Of a stretch of 64,000 nucleotides of DNA, positions 1 to 10,901 are shown in pieces. The stretch is from Bacteroidota bacterium (GTDB taxonomy: Bacteria > Bacteroidota > Bacteroidia > Bacteroidales > CAIWKO01), in assembly GCA_037128515.1 (NCBI GenBank), contig JBAXWF010000013.1, positions 1,547 through 65,546 of the forward strand. Direction: 5' to 3'. A program made the translations under genes and the position numbers. Each line of letters starts with the position of its first letter. Position 1 is the stretch's first letter. The notes below the pieces were generated by a model. It worked only from the letters and a program-made list of their open reading frames with translations. It did not search any database and had not been told where the DNA came from.

Positions 1-976
1 CAACGCCAATTTGTTTCAATTAGTGATTAATAAAAATCATAACACCATAGCCGAAAAAATAAAAAAACTCTTGTCATCAAACGATTTGCAAGAAATAGAA
101 TACGAATTTACAAACCATAATGGAAAAGAAGTCGTATTAAAACTTTCGTTCGGCACCGTTTATGTGGAGCCCGAAAACAAAAACTACCATATCATAGTGG
201 CAAATGATATAAGCTCGCGAAAAAAAACCGAAACCGAATTAAGAATACAATCAACAAAACTCATCGAATTAAACACCACCAAGGACCGCTTTTTTTCAAT
301 CATAGCGCACGATTTGCGCGACCCGCTCAATGCCATAATTGGTTTTTCCGACATTCTCATATCCAACTACGAATTGCTGACAGAAATTGAAAAGAAGAAC
401 TATTTGCGCAACATCCACCTCTCGTCTGAATCGTTGATGCGGCTGCTACAAAACCTGTTGGAATGGTCGAAATCGCAAACGGGCAAAATGGCCTACAATC
501 CCCAACCCTTAAATATTTTTGAAATAACAAACGAAATTCTGGAACAAGTCCAATTTTCGGTCTACAACAAAAAAATAACCCTTCAATCAGAAATCGATAA
601 CCAAACCCTTGCCTATGGCGATATCAACATGATTAAAACCATTTTGCGCAATCTCGTAACCAATGCCATAAAATTTACCCCACAGTTGGGCAGCATCACA
701 ATCAAAGCAAACCAAATCACCCACCAACAAACCGGGACCAACTATGTTGAAATTTCTGTTATCGACACCGGAGTCGGCATTAAAAAACACCACTTGGCAC
801 ACCTTCTCAAACTCGATAAAAAAATAAGCACCAAAGGCACGGACAACGAAACCGGTAGCGGACTCGGTTTGATACTTTGCGAAGAACTCATCAAAAAAAA
901 CAAAGGCTACTTCACAATCCATAGCATCGAAAATTCAGGAAGTACCTTCACATTTGCCTTACCCCAAAACCCATAG
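1..976 (+). CDS. Sensor histidine kinase, C-terminal part (PAS fragment + HisKA + HATPase_c). The frame is open from the window edge, so the gene is 5' truncated.
   Basis: H-box 'FFSIIAHDLRDPLNAI'; N/G boxes 'LVTNAIKFT', 'DTGVGI', 'GSGLGLILCEE'. The track start at 11 is only a TTG in a frame that is open from nt 2. Confidence 0.85.
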   Translation, partial: NANLFQLVINKNHNTIAEKIKKLLSSNDLQEIEYEFTNHNGKEVVLKLSFGTVYVEPENKNYHIIVANDISSRKKTETELRIQSTKLIELNTTKDRFFSIIAHDLRDPLNAIIGFSDILISNYELLTEIEKKNYLRNIHLSSESLMRLLQNLLEWSKSQTGKMAYNPQPLNIFEITNEILEQVQFSVYNKKITLQSEIDNQTLAYGDINMIKTILRNLVTNAIKFTPQLGSITIKANQITHQQTGTNYVEISVIDTGVGIKKHHLAHLLKLDKKISTKGTDNETGSGLGLILCEELIKKNKGYFTIHSIENSGSTFTFALPQNP

Positions 977-979
977 TTT

Positions 980-3900
980 ATGATTTATAATTTTACACAC
1001 AAAGACGACCTGGAAGAAATCGTTCGTACATTACAAATCAACATCAACAATGGCACATTAACCATCAACGAACCCCCCGGCTCCGGAATCCAAATCAACG
1101 ATGCACATCAACCCGACTCAACAAACCGGTTTTTTTCAATCAATGCCAAAAAAATAATCGAAATTCTCAACCACATATCCGAACCTGTATTTATAAAAGA
1201 CCACAATTCGGAATGGCTGTTTGTAAATCACGCCTTTTGCAAATTGTTGAACATAAAACCCAACGAAATTCTGGGAAAAACAAGCCAAGCAATATTTCCA
1301 AAAAAGAAAGCCGAAATTTTTGAAACGCAAGATAAAAGAGTGCTCGAAACCGGATTAGATACTCATATTGAAGAAGAAATTCAAACAAAAGATGGTGCCA
1401 AACGCATCGTTATCACCAAGAAAAAACTATTTATCGATATTGAAAATAAGCCCTATATCATTGGCACCTTTTACGAAATCACCGAATTGCGCAAAATTGA
1501 ATACTCCACAAAACAAGCCAACACCGAACTCGAAACCCGTGTAAAAGAACGCACCACGCTGTTAACCCAAATTATACATCAGCTTCAAGACGAAATAAAT
1601 CAGCGCAAAACCATGCAGTTGGCATTAAGCGAAAGCGAAGATAAATTTAGAAGCGTGATTGAACAATCACTGGAAGGCATCATGCTCTTTAACAGCGAAG
1701 GAAGAATAATTGAATGGAACATAGGCATGACCCGAATCACCGGAATTTCGAACCAAAATGCCATAGGCGAATATCAATGGGATGTTGAATTTCAACTCAT
1801 GAAAACAAGCCGCCGCAACGAAGAAACATATAACAAACTAAAAAACATAACCCTAAAAACTATATCTGACCGAAAAGTAAATCCAGCTGGCAGATATGTT
1901 GAAGGCCCCATAGTATCTGTTTCAGGAAAAGAACGCTACATCAACCTCACCATATTTGAAATCAGCACCAAAAACGATTTCTATATCGGAAAAATCGTAC
2001 GCGACATATCGCGCCAACGCAAAACAGCACTAGCCTTAGAACGCTCCGAACACCAATACCGTGCCATTTTCGAAAACGCAAACGATGCCATATTAATATT
2101 AAACCCTAAAACAACACAAATAATTACTGCCAATGAAAAAGCCAGTCAGGTTTACGGATTTACTTACGATGAACTAAGCAAACTAAATTTAAAACACTTA
2201 GCGAAAAACCTCTCATACGACCAAATTCAAATCGACAGTTTAATAGAAAATAAAGTAATAAAAAATTTCGAAACCATTCACTTTGGTAACACCAAAGAAG
2301 AAATATACATGCTCGTTAATGGTTCAATGATTGAATATAATGGAGAAAAAGCCATCATGAATATCAATCACGACATCACCGAATTAAAGAAATCGGAAAA
2401 AGCCCGTGCTGCTACCTACAAAATTTCGCAATTAATCCATATTGCAACAAATTTCGACGAACTCTACGAATCAGTTCACACCATCATCAGCGAGTTAATG
2501 AATGCCCCAAACTTTTATATCGCATTGTACGACGAAAACACCGAATTAATTTCATTTCCATACTTTGTGGACGAAAAAGACACGCAACCCCAAACCCGCA
2601 AACTTCGCAGAGGCTTAACAGAATATGTACTAAGGTATGGAAAACCATTATTAACAAACCCCGATTTAATCAAAAAACTCGAAAAAGAAGGCGAAATTGA
2701 AGTATTAGGATCCTTATCGGCCGATTGGCTGGGTGTACCTCTAATCACCCGAAAAAAAGTAATTGGAGTCATTGCCGTTCAAAGCTATTCCAAAGGAATG
2801 CATTACACAAACAAAGAAAAAGATTTACTGGTGTTTATCTCCGAACAAATTGCCTTATTAATAATCAAAAAACAAGCAGAAGACCAAATTATAAGAGCAA
2901 AAGAAATAGCCGAAAATTCTGATCGGCTTAAAACTGCACTAATTGCCAACATGAGCCACGAACTTCGCACCCCCATGACAGGCATTTTAGGATTTGCATC
3001 GCTGCTAAGGCAACAAATAAAAGACACCAATTCGCAATCTATGCTCGATAACATTTTATTATCAAGTGAGCGATTAATGAGCACACTAAACTCGATTTTA
3101 AGCCTATCTCAGCTCGAAGCCAGCAAAAATCCTTTAGAAATTGTAAGGACAAACTTGAGTACGTTTATCGAAATATCACTCATTCCGATCCAATTCGAAG
3201 CTAATAAAAAACAAATCTTTATAAAAAAAATTCTGCAACCAAATTTATTTGCGGCATTCAACGAAAATTTTTTGATTCAGATATTAAATAATCTCGTCTC
3301 AAATGCAATTAAATTCACCGAAAAGGGTGGCATTACAATAGAAACAGGTATTACCACCTATCGCGAAAAAGAATATGCCTTTATTTCAATTGCCGACACA
3401 GGGATTGGCATTTCAAAAGACCATTATAATCTTATTTTTGAAGAATTCCGTCAAGTAAGCGAAGGACTAAACAGAACCTATGAGGGAAGTGGGCTAGGTT
3501 TGTCGCTATGCAAAAAAATGAGTGAATTGATGGGGGGCAAAATCATTGTGGATAGTGTACTTGGAAAAGGATCTGTATTTACAATATACTTGCCACAAGC
3601 TGAGGCAGAAAAAATAGCGGAAACCCATTCTCATCCCAAACAACATGAAAACAAATCTACAATAAACCCCACCGAAAAATATAAAGTGCTAGTTGTCGAC
3701 GACAATAAAATTAATGGTGAACTAATTGAAGCATATTTAAAAAAATATTGCGTGGTTGATATAGCAAACAATGGATTGTTAGCTATTGAACTTGTGAAAA
3801 AGTCTGCATACGATTTGATATTTATGGATATTAATCTAGGAGAAGGCATGGATGGAATTGAAACTGCATGTGAAATAAACAAACTAAATAGCAAACTTCC

Positions 3901-4036
3901 TTTAATAGCACTAACTGCATTTTCTACTGAATCAGGAATCGAAAAAATTATGTCGAAATATTTTACAAGCTTTTTACTTAAACCGATTGATAAAAACGCC
4001 TTGGTTGAAGTATTGGAACAAAATATCCGGAAATAA
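980..4036 (+). CDS. Hybrid sensor histidine kinase/response regulator (several PAS domains, GAF, HisKA, HATPase_c, C-terminal receiver)
   Basis: H-box 'MSHELRTPMTGILGF'; ATPase boxes 'LVSNAIKFT', 'DTGIGI', 'GSGLGLSLCKK'; receiver 'VLVVDDNKINGELI...IFMDINLGEGMDG'; repeated PAS-like segments; GAF-like segment around 'LGVPLITRKKVIGVIAVQS'. Confidence 0.9.
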   Translation: MIYNFTHKDDLEEIVRTLQININNGTLTINEPPGSGIQINDAHQPDSTNRFFSINAKKIIEILNHISEPVFIKDHNSEWLFVNHAFCKLLNIKPNEILGKTSQAIFPKKKAEIFETQDKRVLETGLDTHIEEEIQTKDGAKRIVITKKKLFIDIENKPYIIGTFYEITELRKIEYSTKQANTELETRVKERTTLLTQIIHQLQDEINQRKTMQLALSESEDKFRSVIEQSLEGIMLFNSEGRIIEWNIGMTRITGISNQNAIGEYQWDVEFQLMKTSRRNEETYNKLKNITLKTISDRKVNPAGRYVEGPIVSVSGKERYINLTIFEISTKNDFYIGKIVRDISRQRKTALALERSEHQYRAIFENANDAILILNPKTTQIITANEKASQVYGFTYDELSKLNLKHLAKNLSYDQIQIDSLIENKVIKNFETIHFGNTKEEIYMLVNGSMIEYNGEKAIMNINHDITELKKSEKARAATYKISQLIHIATNFDELYESVHTIISELMNAPNFYIALYDENTELISFPYFVDEKDTQPQTRKLRRGLTEYVLRYGKPLLTNPDLIKKLEKEGEIEVLGSLSADWLGVPLITRKKVIGVIAVQSYSKGMHYTNKEKDLLVFISEQIALLIIKKQAEDQIIRAKEIAENSDRLKTALIANMSHELRTPMTGILGFASLLRQQIKDTNSQSMLDNILLSSERLMSTLNSILSLSQLEASKNPLEIVRTNLSTFIEISLIPIQFEANKKQIFIKKILQPNLFAAFNENFLIQILNNLVSNAIKFTEKGGITIETGITTYREKEYAFISIADTGIGISKDHYNLIFEEFRQVSEGLNRTYEGSGLGLSLCKKMSELMGGKIIVDSVLGKGSVFTIYLPQAEAEKIAETHSHPKQHENKSTINPTEKYKVLVVDDNKINGELIEAYLKKYCVVDIANNGLLAIELVKKSAYDLIFMDINLGEGMDGIETACEINKLNSKLPLIALTAFSTESGIEKIMSKYFTSFLLKPIDKNALVEVLEQNIRK

Positions 4037-5317
4037 TCAATCTACCACTATTAAAAAATAATTCTTCTTGCCCTTCTGAACCAAAATATATTTATTGTTC
4101 AGTAAAAAACTGGAATCAATCATAGCATCTTGAGCTATCTTTGTTTTATTAATAAACACAGCTCCTTCTTTTAGCATACGTCGCGCTTCATTTTTCGAAG
4201 GCATAATATTGCTTTTTGTACAAAGAAGTTCAACAATTTCAACGCCACTATCCATATCACTTTTCAACACATTGCATTGAGTAACCCCTTCAAAAACTGC
4301 TAAAAATGTATCTTCGTCAAGGTTTTGCAAAGTTTCAAAAGTTCCTTTTCCAAATAAAATCTCCGAAGCTTCAAGCGATGCATTAAAATCCTTTTCAGAA
4401 TGGACCCTAATAGTAATATCCTTACCTAATATTTTTTGAAGAATCCGTAAATGAGGCACTTCACGATGCTTCTTAATAATATCATCAATTTGTTCCTTGG
4501 TGAATAACGTAAAGATTTTAATATATTTCTCGGCATCTTCATCCGAACAGTTTAACCAAAACTGATAGAATTTAAATGGAGACGTTTTTTTAGAATCCAG
4601 CCAAACATTGCCGGTTTCTGTTTTTCCAAACTTACCCCCATCCGCTTTAGTAATAAGTGGACAAGTGATTGCAAAAGCCCCACCGCCACCCATGCGGCGA
4701 ATCAACTCCGTTCCGGTTGTAATGTTTCCCCATTGATCGGCTCCACCCATTTGAAGCTTACAGTTTTTATGCTGATTCAACCAATAAAAATCATACCCCT
4801 GAACTAATTGATATGTAAACTCAGTATATGAAATTCCACTCCCCAACTGCATTCTCTTTTGAACAGACTCCTTTGATATCATGTAGTTTATAGTGATATG
4901 CTTGCCCACAATACGTAAAAAGGATAAAAAATTAAAGTCTTTCATCCAATCATAATTATTTACAATTTCAGCTTTGTTATCAATATTGTCAAAATCCAGA
5001 AATTTTTCTAATTGTACCCGAATACAATTCTGATTAAACCGAAGTGATTCCTCATCCAAAAGGCACCGTTCTTCCGATTTTCCCGAAGGATCACCAATCA
5101 TTCCAGTTGCGCCGCCAATCAATGCAATCGGGTTATGACCACATAACTGAAAGTGCTTTAACATCATAATTGAAACTAAATGTCCAATATGAAGAGAATC
5201 AGCCGTAGGATCAATTCCAACATAGGCCGATGTTTTTTCTTTTTGCAGCTGTTCCTCAGTTCCCGGAATCAAATCGTGGATCATTCCTCTCCAACGTAAT
5301 TCATCAACAAAATTCAT
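4037..5317 (-). CDS. tyrS: Tyrosyl-tRNA synthetase
   Basis: Class I HIGH motif 'SLHIGHLV', KMSKS-type 'KFGKT', C-terminal S4-like domain, length 426 aa. Confidence 0.95.
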   Translation of the reverse strand: MNFVDELRWRGMIHDLIPGTEEQLQKEKTSAYVGIDPTADSLHIGHLVSIMMLKHFQLCGHNPIALIGGATGMIGDPSGKSEERCLLDEESLRFNQNCIRVQLEKFLDFDNIDNKAEIVNNYDWMKDFNFLSFLRIVGKHITINYMISKESVQKRMQLGSGISYTEFTYQLVQGYDFYWLNQHKNCKLQMGGADQWGNITTGTELIRRMGGGGAFAITCPLITKADGGKFGKTETGNVWLDSKKTSPFKFYQFWLNCSDEDAEKYIKIFTLFTKEQIDDIIKKHREVPHLRILQKILGKDITIRVHSEKDFNASLEASEILFGKGTFETLQNLDEDTFLAVFEGVTQCNVLKSDMDSGVEIVELLCTKSNIMPSKNEARRMLKEGAVFINKTKIAQDAMIDSSFLLNNKYILVQKGKKNYFLIVVD

Positions 5318-5424
5318 AAAATACTATTTTTTGTAAAAATACAAATTCCATTTCGCCTGACCATAAATTTTACAAACACAAACTACAATATTTGTATGAA
5401 AGACAAAAGTTTTAATTTTTATCG

Positions 5425-5432
5425 TAATTTTG
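5425..5432 (+). promoter_or_regulatory. Candidate Bacteroidota -7 promoter element (TAnnTTTG)
   Basis: 'TAATTTTG' lies 17 bp upstream of the ATG at 5449. Confidence 0.35.
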
Positions 5433-5448
5433 CTGTAATTATACTACT

Positions 5449-6444
5449 ATGATTTTAGTTACTGGAGGTACTGGTTTTTTAGGGGCACATCTTCTTATTG
5501 AATTGTGCAGTTTGAAATACAATATCAGAGCCTTAAAAAGACCTACTTCTGACCTTGATTTTGTTCGTAAACTTTTCGATTTTTATAATAAATCTATTTT
5601 TTTTAATACTATTGAGTGGGTCGATTGCGATATTTTGGATGTAACAGCTGTAAAGCAATCTTTTGTTTCTATTGACATCGTTTATCACTGCGCAGCCAAG
5701 GTTTCTTTTTCTGAAAAGGATAAAACTGAATTATTTCGAACAAATATCGAAGGAACATCTAACTTGATGAATACTGCTCTTGTTAATGGCGTAAAAAAAA
5801 TGTGCTATGTAAGTTCAATAGCAGTTCTTGGGAAATCAGAAATAATAACTGAAAAATCTTTATGGGATGAAAATGAAAAGCATTCCAAATATGCAAGATC
5901 CAAATATTGTGCAGAATTGGAAGTATGGCGAATAGCTGCTGAAGGATTAAATTCAGTTATTGTCTGTCCGTCTGTTATTATTGGCCCATGGAAATGGGAT
6001 TCGGGTATCGGTTCGCTATTCAAGCAAATTGGTAATGGATTAAATTATTACACAGGCGGTTCAAATAGTTTTGTTGATGTTCGAGATGTAGTAAAATCAA
6101 TGATAATGTTAACCGAAAGCAATATTGTTAATGACAACTTTATTATTACATCTGAAAATTTATCATACAAAGAAATTGTATACTTAATAGCTGAAACCAT
6201 AGGTAAAAAATCTCCAAAAAGATATGCGTCCTTATTCATTACTGAAATTGCTTGGAGACTTAATTCAATTATATATTTTCTTTTAAAAAACAAATCATCA
6301 TTTACAAAAGATACGGCGCGTATTTCACAAAACCGATCCTCATATTCAAATAAAAAAGTTTCAACCGCTTTGCCTATATCATATATTCGGATTAAACAAT
6401 CCCTTGAAAATTGCCAAAATTTTTATACGTATTTATCAAATTAA
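5449..6444 (+). CDS. NAD-dependent epimerase/dehydratase family (extended SDR) protein
   Basis: N-terminal Rossmann motif 'ILVTGGTGFLGAHL'; 'YxxxK'-type 'YARSKYCAE'. Confidence 0.8.
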   Translation: MILVTGGTGFLGAHLLIELCSLKYNIRALKRPTSDLDFVRKLFDFYNKSIFFNTIEWVDCDILDVTAVKQSFVSIDIVYHCAAKVSFSEKDKTELFRTNIEGTSNLMNTALVNGVKKMCYVSSIAVLGKSEIITEKSLWDENEKHSKYARSKYCAELEVWRIAAEGLNSVIVCPSVIIGPWKWDSGIGSLFKQIGNGLNYYTGGSNSFVDVRDVVKSMIMLTESNIVNDNFIITSENLSYKEIVYLIAETIGKKSPKRYASLFITEIAWRLNSIIYFLLKNKSSFTKDTARISQNRSSYSNKKVSTALPISYIRIKQSLENCQNFYTYLSN

Positions 6445-6451
6445 TTATATT

Positions 6452-7477
6452 ATGAAATCTTTCATAAAACTTTTAGTTGGAATTTGTATTATATACTATT
6501 TATTTTCTTCATGTGAAAATGCCAATAAAATAAAAAATATTTCTAAAAATGATACAGAGCCAAGGGGGGCAAAAGTTCAGGTTCCTGCTTTTAATAAGGA
6601 TTCCGCTTTTTATTTTGTTCAAAAACAAGTTGATTTCGGCCCAAGAGTTAATAACACACCTGCACATGAAAAATGTGCAACTTGGATAGAACAAAAAATG
6701 AAAACATATACAAAAGACGTTTTAATTCAGAAAGCAATTTTAAGAGCCTATAATGGAATTCCATTGAACATGAAAAACATTATTGTATCCTTTAACCCAA
6801 ATGCTACAGGAAGAATTTTACTTTGTTCGCACTGGGATTCTAGACCGTATGCTGATTGGGACGCTGACAGTACTAAACATAGTAAACCTATAGATGGTGC
6901 CAATGATGGGGCAAGTGGAGTCGGTGTTTTGATTGAAATTGCCCGAATTCTAGCTTCAAATAAAATTAATATAGGCGTTGATATTGTATTATTTGATGCT
7001 GAAGATTATGGAGAACCACAAAATAATAAAAATCAATATAAAGAGGATAACTGGGGATTAGGTTCGCAATATTGGTCAAAAAATCCACATAAACAAAATT
7101 ATCAGGCAAATTTTGGAATACTACTTGACATGGTTGGTGTTCAAAATGCTTATTTTACTCATGAAGGATATTCATCAACATACGCTCCTGATATTTTAAG
7201 AAAAGTTTGGGATGCCGCATCTCGTATTGGATATGGTAGCAATTTTGCAGATCGCAAAACTAATCCAATAACAGATGATCATTATTATATAAATACTTTG
7301 ATTCACATACCAACTATAGATATTATACACTATGATGAATCTTCAGGAACCGGGTTCTATAAAAATTGGCATACTATGAATGACAATATTTCGAATGTCG
7401 ATAAACAATCCCTAAAAGCAGTTGGACAAACAATATTGACAGTTTTATTTGAAGAATCTGGTAAAAAAACAGATTAA
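6452..7477 (+). CDS. M28-family peptidase / glutaminyl-peptide cyclotransferase-like lipoprotein
   Basis: Lipoprotein-type signal 'LVGICIIYYLFSSC'; metal-site motifs 'CSHWDSRPYAD', 'GANDGASGVGVLIE', 'LFDAEDYG'. I moved the start to the internal ATG at 6452; the track ORF start at 6404 overlaps the upstream gene. Confidence 0.7.
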   Translation: MKSFIKLLVGICIIYYLFSSCENANKIKNISKNDTEPRGAKVQVPAFNKDSAFYFVQKQVDFGPRVNNTPAHEKCATWIEQKMKTYTKDVLIQKAILRAYNGIPLNMKNIIVSFNPNATGRILLCSHWDSRPYADWDADSTKHSKPIDGANDGASGVGVLIEIARILASNKINIGVDIVLFDAEDYGEPQNNKNQYKEDNWGLGSQYWSKNPHKQNYQANFGILLDMVGVQNAYFTHEGYSSTYAPDILRKVWDAASRIGYGSNFADRKTNPITDDHYYINTLIHIPTIDIIHYDESSGTGFYKNWHTMNDNISNVDKQSLKAVGQTILTVLFEESGKKTD

Positions 7478-8191
7478 TCATTTTAGCTGTCGCAAATAAA
7501 GTTGAATCGTATTTTCAAGCCCCAAATATAAAGCATCACAAATTAAAGCATGGCCGATAGAGACTTCTAGTAACTTTGGTATATTTTTGTAAAAATAATT
7601 CAGATTCTCCAGATTTAAATCGTGACCTGCGTTTATTTCCAAACCAACGTTTTCAGCAGCCTTAGCTGCCTTTTTATAATTATCAATCGATTTTTGTTTA
7701 TCCATTTTGAATTCTTTTGCGTAGGCTTCAGTATATAATTCAATTCTATCTGTTCCAGTATTTTTTGCATAAAGTACTATTTTTTCAATTGGATCAACAA
7801 ATATTGAAGTTCTAATCCCTAGTAGCTTAAAATGTGAGATAACTTCCTTTAAAAAAGACAAATTTGAGATTATATCCCATCCAGCATTTGAGGTTATCGC
7901 ATCTGGTTGATCAGGAACTAAAGTAACCTGTGCAGGTTTAACATCGCTAACAAGATTAATAAATGATTCCGTTGGATATCCTTCAATATTAAATTCTGTT
8001 GAAACAATATTTTTTAAATCATAAACGTCTTTATATTTTATATGTCGTTCGTCGGGACGGGGATGTACAGTTATCCCTTGAGCACCATAGCGCTCGCAGT
8101 CAATAGCCGTTTTAATTAAATCTGGTAAATTTCCTCCTCTCGCATTGCGGATTGTGGCAATCTTATTGATATTTACACTTAATTTTGTCAT
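7478..8191 (-). CDS. pdxJ: Pyridoxine 5'-phosphate synthase
   Basis: '[17 protein letters not shown]', '[12 protein letters not shown]', 'ELYTEAYA'; 237 aa, typical PdxJ length. Confidence 0.9.
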   Translation of the reverse strand: MTKLSVNINKIATIRNARGGNLPDLIKTAIDCERYGAQGITVHPRPDERHIKYKDVYDLKNIVSTEFNIEGYPTESFINLVSDVKPAQVTLVPDQPDAITSNAGWDIISNLSFLKEVISHFKLLGIRTSIFVDPIEKIVLYAKNTGTDRIELYTEAYAKEFKMDKQKSIDNYKKAAKAAENVGLEINAGHDLNLENLNYFYKNIPKLLEVSIGHALICDALYLGLENTIQLYLRQLK

Positions 8192-8304
8192 ATTAAAGTC
8201 ATATTTCGCAAAGTTAAGATTTGTCTTTTCAATATCTAATTTTTTTTATCTCAGTTTACAAATTCCCATTTTTAAAATTATACTATTTATATAAAAAAAT
8301 CTTG

Positions 8305-8312
8305 TACGTTTG
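8305..8312 (+). promoter_or_regulatory. Candidate TAnnTTTG -7 promoter element
   Basis: 'TACGTTTG' lies 24 bp upstream of the ATG at 8336. Confidence 0.35.
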
Positions 8313-8335
8313 CATAGAATTTAATAAAAAGCATT

Positions 8336-8998
8336 ATGCTTGCCAAACAATTAATGTCGGATGCAGTAATTCCAATTCACACTTCAGATACTGGGAACTA
8401 TGCTTTAAAATTAATGGATGAACAGAAAATTAGTCATCTCCCCATAGTTAATAATGTTGAATTCTTAGGTTTGATATCAGAAAATGATATTTTAGCAGAA
8501 AACAAACTTGATGATTCTATTGGAGTTCACACCCTCACGCTCGTAAATGCTTTTGTTTATCAACAGCAACATGTGTATGAAATAATTTCTCTTGCTAGTC
8601 AATTGAAACTTTCAATAATTCCGGTTGTTGACAAAAACAATCGCTATCTCGGTTCAATATCGGCTCAAAATCTCATTGAACAATTTTCAGAATTTGCATC
8701 AATAAGCAATCCTGGTGGTATTATAATTGTTGAAACAAATGAAAATGATTATTCCCTTCAAGAAATTGCTTCAATTGTTGAATCAAACGACTCGAAGATA
8801 TTGAATTGTTTTGTAAGCAGTTTCCCTGATTCGACAAAACTTGAAGTTACGATAAAAATAAATAAGATGAACATTTTTCCAGTCCTTCAAACCTTTGAAA
8901 GATATGGCTATAATGTGGTGGCTAGCTTCACAGAGTCAGATTACACAACTGATCTGCAAAAACGCTATGATTCATTAATGAATTATCTTAATATATAG
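8336..8998 (+). CDS. CBS domain-containing protein
   Basis: Two CBS-like segments ('ISHLPIVNNVEFLGLISENDIL', 'LSIIPVVDKNNRYLGSISAQNLI') followed by a small C-terminal domain. Confidence 0.7.
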   Translation: MLAKQLMSDAVIPIHTSDTGNYALKLMDEQKISHLPIVNNVEFLGLISENDILAENKLDDSIGVHTLTLVNAFVYQQQHVYEIISLASQLKLSIIPVVDKNNRYLGSISAQNLIEQFSEFASISNPGGIIIVETNENDYSLQEIASIVESNDSKILNCFVSSFPDSTKLEVTIKINKMNIFPVLQTFERYGYNVVASFTESDYTTDLQKRYDSLMNYLNI

Positions 8999-9006
8999 TA
9001 ACATAT

Positions 9007-9885
9007 ATGAAAGTTGCACTTTTTTCAACAGCTTTTTCAGAAGAACTTGAGGAATATTACATCGAGCTATTAGGAAAGCTCATATATTATAATTTTAAAA
9101 TTACAATATATAAACCTTTTTTTGAACAATTATTTAATAATCACTTGATAAGTGCCGATACAGAAACTTTTTTAAACCATCATGACTTAGGAAAAAGTGT
9201 AGATTATTTATTTAGCATTGGTGGAGATGGTACATTATTAAAAACAATTACGTTAATTAAAGATTCTGGAATACCAATTTTAGGATTTAATACTGGCAGA
9301 TTAGGATTTTTATCAAGTATATCCAGAGAAGAAATTTCCGAAACAATTGAAAATATTTTAAATAAAAATTTTATTATTGAAAAAAGATCACTTATCAAAA
9401 TAGAAAATCCTCAAAATCTTTTTGGTGAAGATAATTTTGCATTAAATGAAATAACGGTTCATAAACGCGATTCTTCTTCAATGATCTTAATTCATGCATA
9501 TATCAATACCGTTTTTCTAAACACGTATTGGGCTGATGGTTTAATAATTTCAACACCAACTGGATCCACTGCATATTCTCTTAGCTGTGGTGGCCCTATT
9601 TTAACACCAGATTCCGCTAATTTTATTCTAACACCAATAGCTATTCATAATTTAACAGTTAGGCCTATCGTTGTTCCTGATGATGTTACAATTAATTTAA
9701 AAGTTGAAGGTAGAATTGACAATTATTTGGTCACATTGGATTCAAATAATGTTGTTACCAGTTCTTCTATCGAATTGGAGATCAAAAAAGAAAAGTTCCA
9801 AATAAATTTCATTTATTTTAAGAATAAACCATTTTTTTCAACAATTAGAGAAAAACTCATGTGGGGTTGGGATAAGCGGAACTAA
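9007..9885 (+). CDS. nadK: NAD kinase
   Basis: 'GGDGTLL' motif, 'TPTGSTAYSLSCGGPI', 292 aa. Confidence 0.9.
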   Translation: MKVALFSTAFSEELEEYYIELLGKLIYYNFKITIYKPFFEQLFNNHLISADTETFLNHHDLGKSVDYLFSIGGDGTLLKTITLIKDSGIPILGFNTGRLGFLSSISREEISETIENILNKNFIIEKRSLIKIENPQNLFGEDNFALNEITVHKRDSSSMILIHAYINTVFLNTYWADGLIISTPTGSTAYSLSCGGPILTPDSANFILTPIAIHNLTVRPIVVPDDVTINLKVEGRIDNYLVTLDSNNVVTSSSIELEIKKEKFQINFIYFKNKPFFSTIREKLMWGWDKRN

Positions 9886-9965
9886 GTACTATCTTATTAT
9901 AATTTATATTTTTCTGTTTGTATTTATATTTTTTTTACTTTTGTAAGTTACCATACTTAGATATC

Positions 9966-10898
9966 ATGAAAAAAATATGTGTCTTTTTATTATTCATTAT
10001 ATTCATAGGGAATATTTCATGGGGGCAACATAAATACCAAAATATTTCATGGAAAAAGGATAAGCATAAGATCTTCATTAATCTTGGGACCTCAAATTTC
10101 CTAGGTGATTTAGGAGGAGCTAATAGAATAGGATCAGGTCCTTTTAATTTACGTGATTTTGATTATCAGGCAATTAGGCCATCCATCCAACTTGGCTATT
10201 TATACCATTTTTCAAACCATTTTTCTTCACGATCTTTTTTTAATTATGCATGGCTTAGTGGAAATGACGCAAATACAACTGAACCTTTCCGAAATAATAG
10301 AAACCTTAATTTTCGAACACCCGTTTACGAACTTGGCTCAGCAATTGAATTTTCTTATGAAATTTATCAAAAAGGTCATAATTATCGGCTAAAAGGGGTC
10401 AGAGGGATAGGTAGTTGGAATACTTATACATACACTCCTTATACTTATATAGGGGTTGGGGGGTTCTATTTTAATTCTAAAGGCAAATATAATGGAGTAT
10501 GGCATGCACTATTACCACTATCGACAGAAGGCCAAGGATTGATTTCTACGCGGAAAAAATATTCATCATTACAATTTACTATTCCCTTAGGTGTTGGTTT
10601 TAAAGTAAAAATTGCAAAAGCGTGGGAAATTGGCATTGAATATAAAGCAAATATATGTTTTACTGATTATATTGATGATGTTAGTACAACATATTTTGAT
10701 AAAAACGCGTTATTACAAGAAAAAGGACAACTTGCAGTTGATATGGCTAATCCCTCAAACCCTAATTCAGAACTATATTATGCAACATTTTCTGGTGAAC
10801 AACGTGGAAATCCGAAGCGAAACGATTCTTATATGGCCTTAATGATAACATTATACTACTCACTTAAAGAAGGATTCATCCCAAAACATAGATTTTAA
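9966..10898 (+). CDS. Outer-membrane beta-barrel protein of unknown function (paralog 1 of a tandem pair)
   Basis: Signal peptide from the internal ATG at 9966 ('MKKICVFLLFIIFIGNISWG'). Shares 'FTDYIDDVST', 'L(P)L.TEGQG' and 'RGNP.R.D.Y' motifs with the next gene. Alternating beta-strand-like pattern. Confidence 0.55.
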   Translation: MKKICVFLLFIIFIGNISWGQHKYQNISWKKDKHKIFINLGTSNFLGDLGGANRIGSGPFNLRDFDYQAIRPSIQLGYLYHFSNHFSSRSFFNYAWLSGNDANTTEPFRNNRNLNFRTPVYELGSAIEFSYEIYQKGHNYRLKGVRGIGSWNTYTYTPYTYIGVGGFYFNSKGKYNGVWHALLPLSTEGQGLISTRKKYSSLQFTIPLGVGFKVKIAKAWEIGIEYKANICFTDYIDDVSTTYFDKNALLQEKGQLAVDMANPSNPNSELYYATFSGEQRGNPKRNDSYMALMITLYYSLKEGFIPKHRF

Positions 10899-10901
10899 TT
10901 A

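Noticed and set aside
6404-6451. N-terminal extensions of track ORFs (6404, 9918, 24957, 42292, 46158, 48708, 48720, 52779)
   Set aside because: In each case an internal ATG gives a canonical signal peptide, lipobox or conserved N-terminus and removes the overlap with the upstream gene or repeat region. I used the shorter starts.
8221-8421. 66-aa ORF in the pdxJ/CBS intergenic region
   Set aside because: It has a TTG start and an AT-rich low-complexity translation. It overlaps the CBS gene start and a candidate promoter motif.
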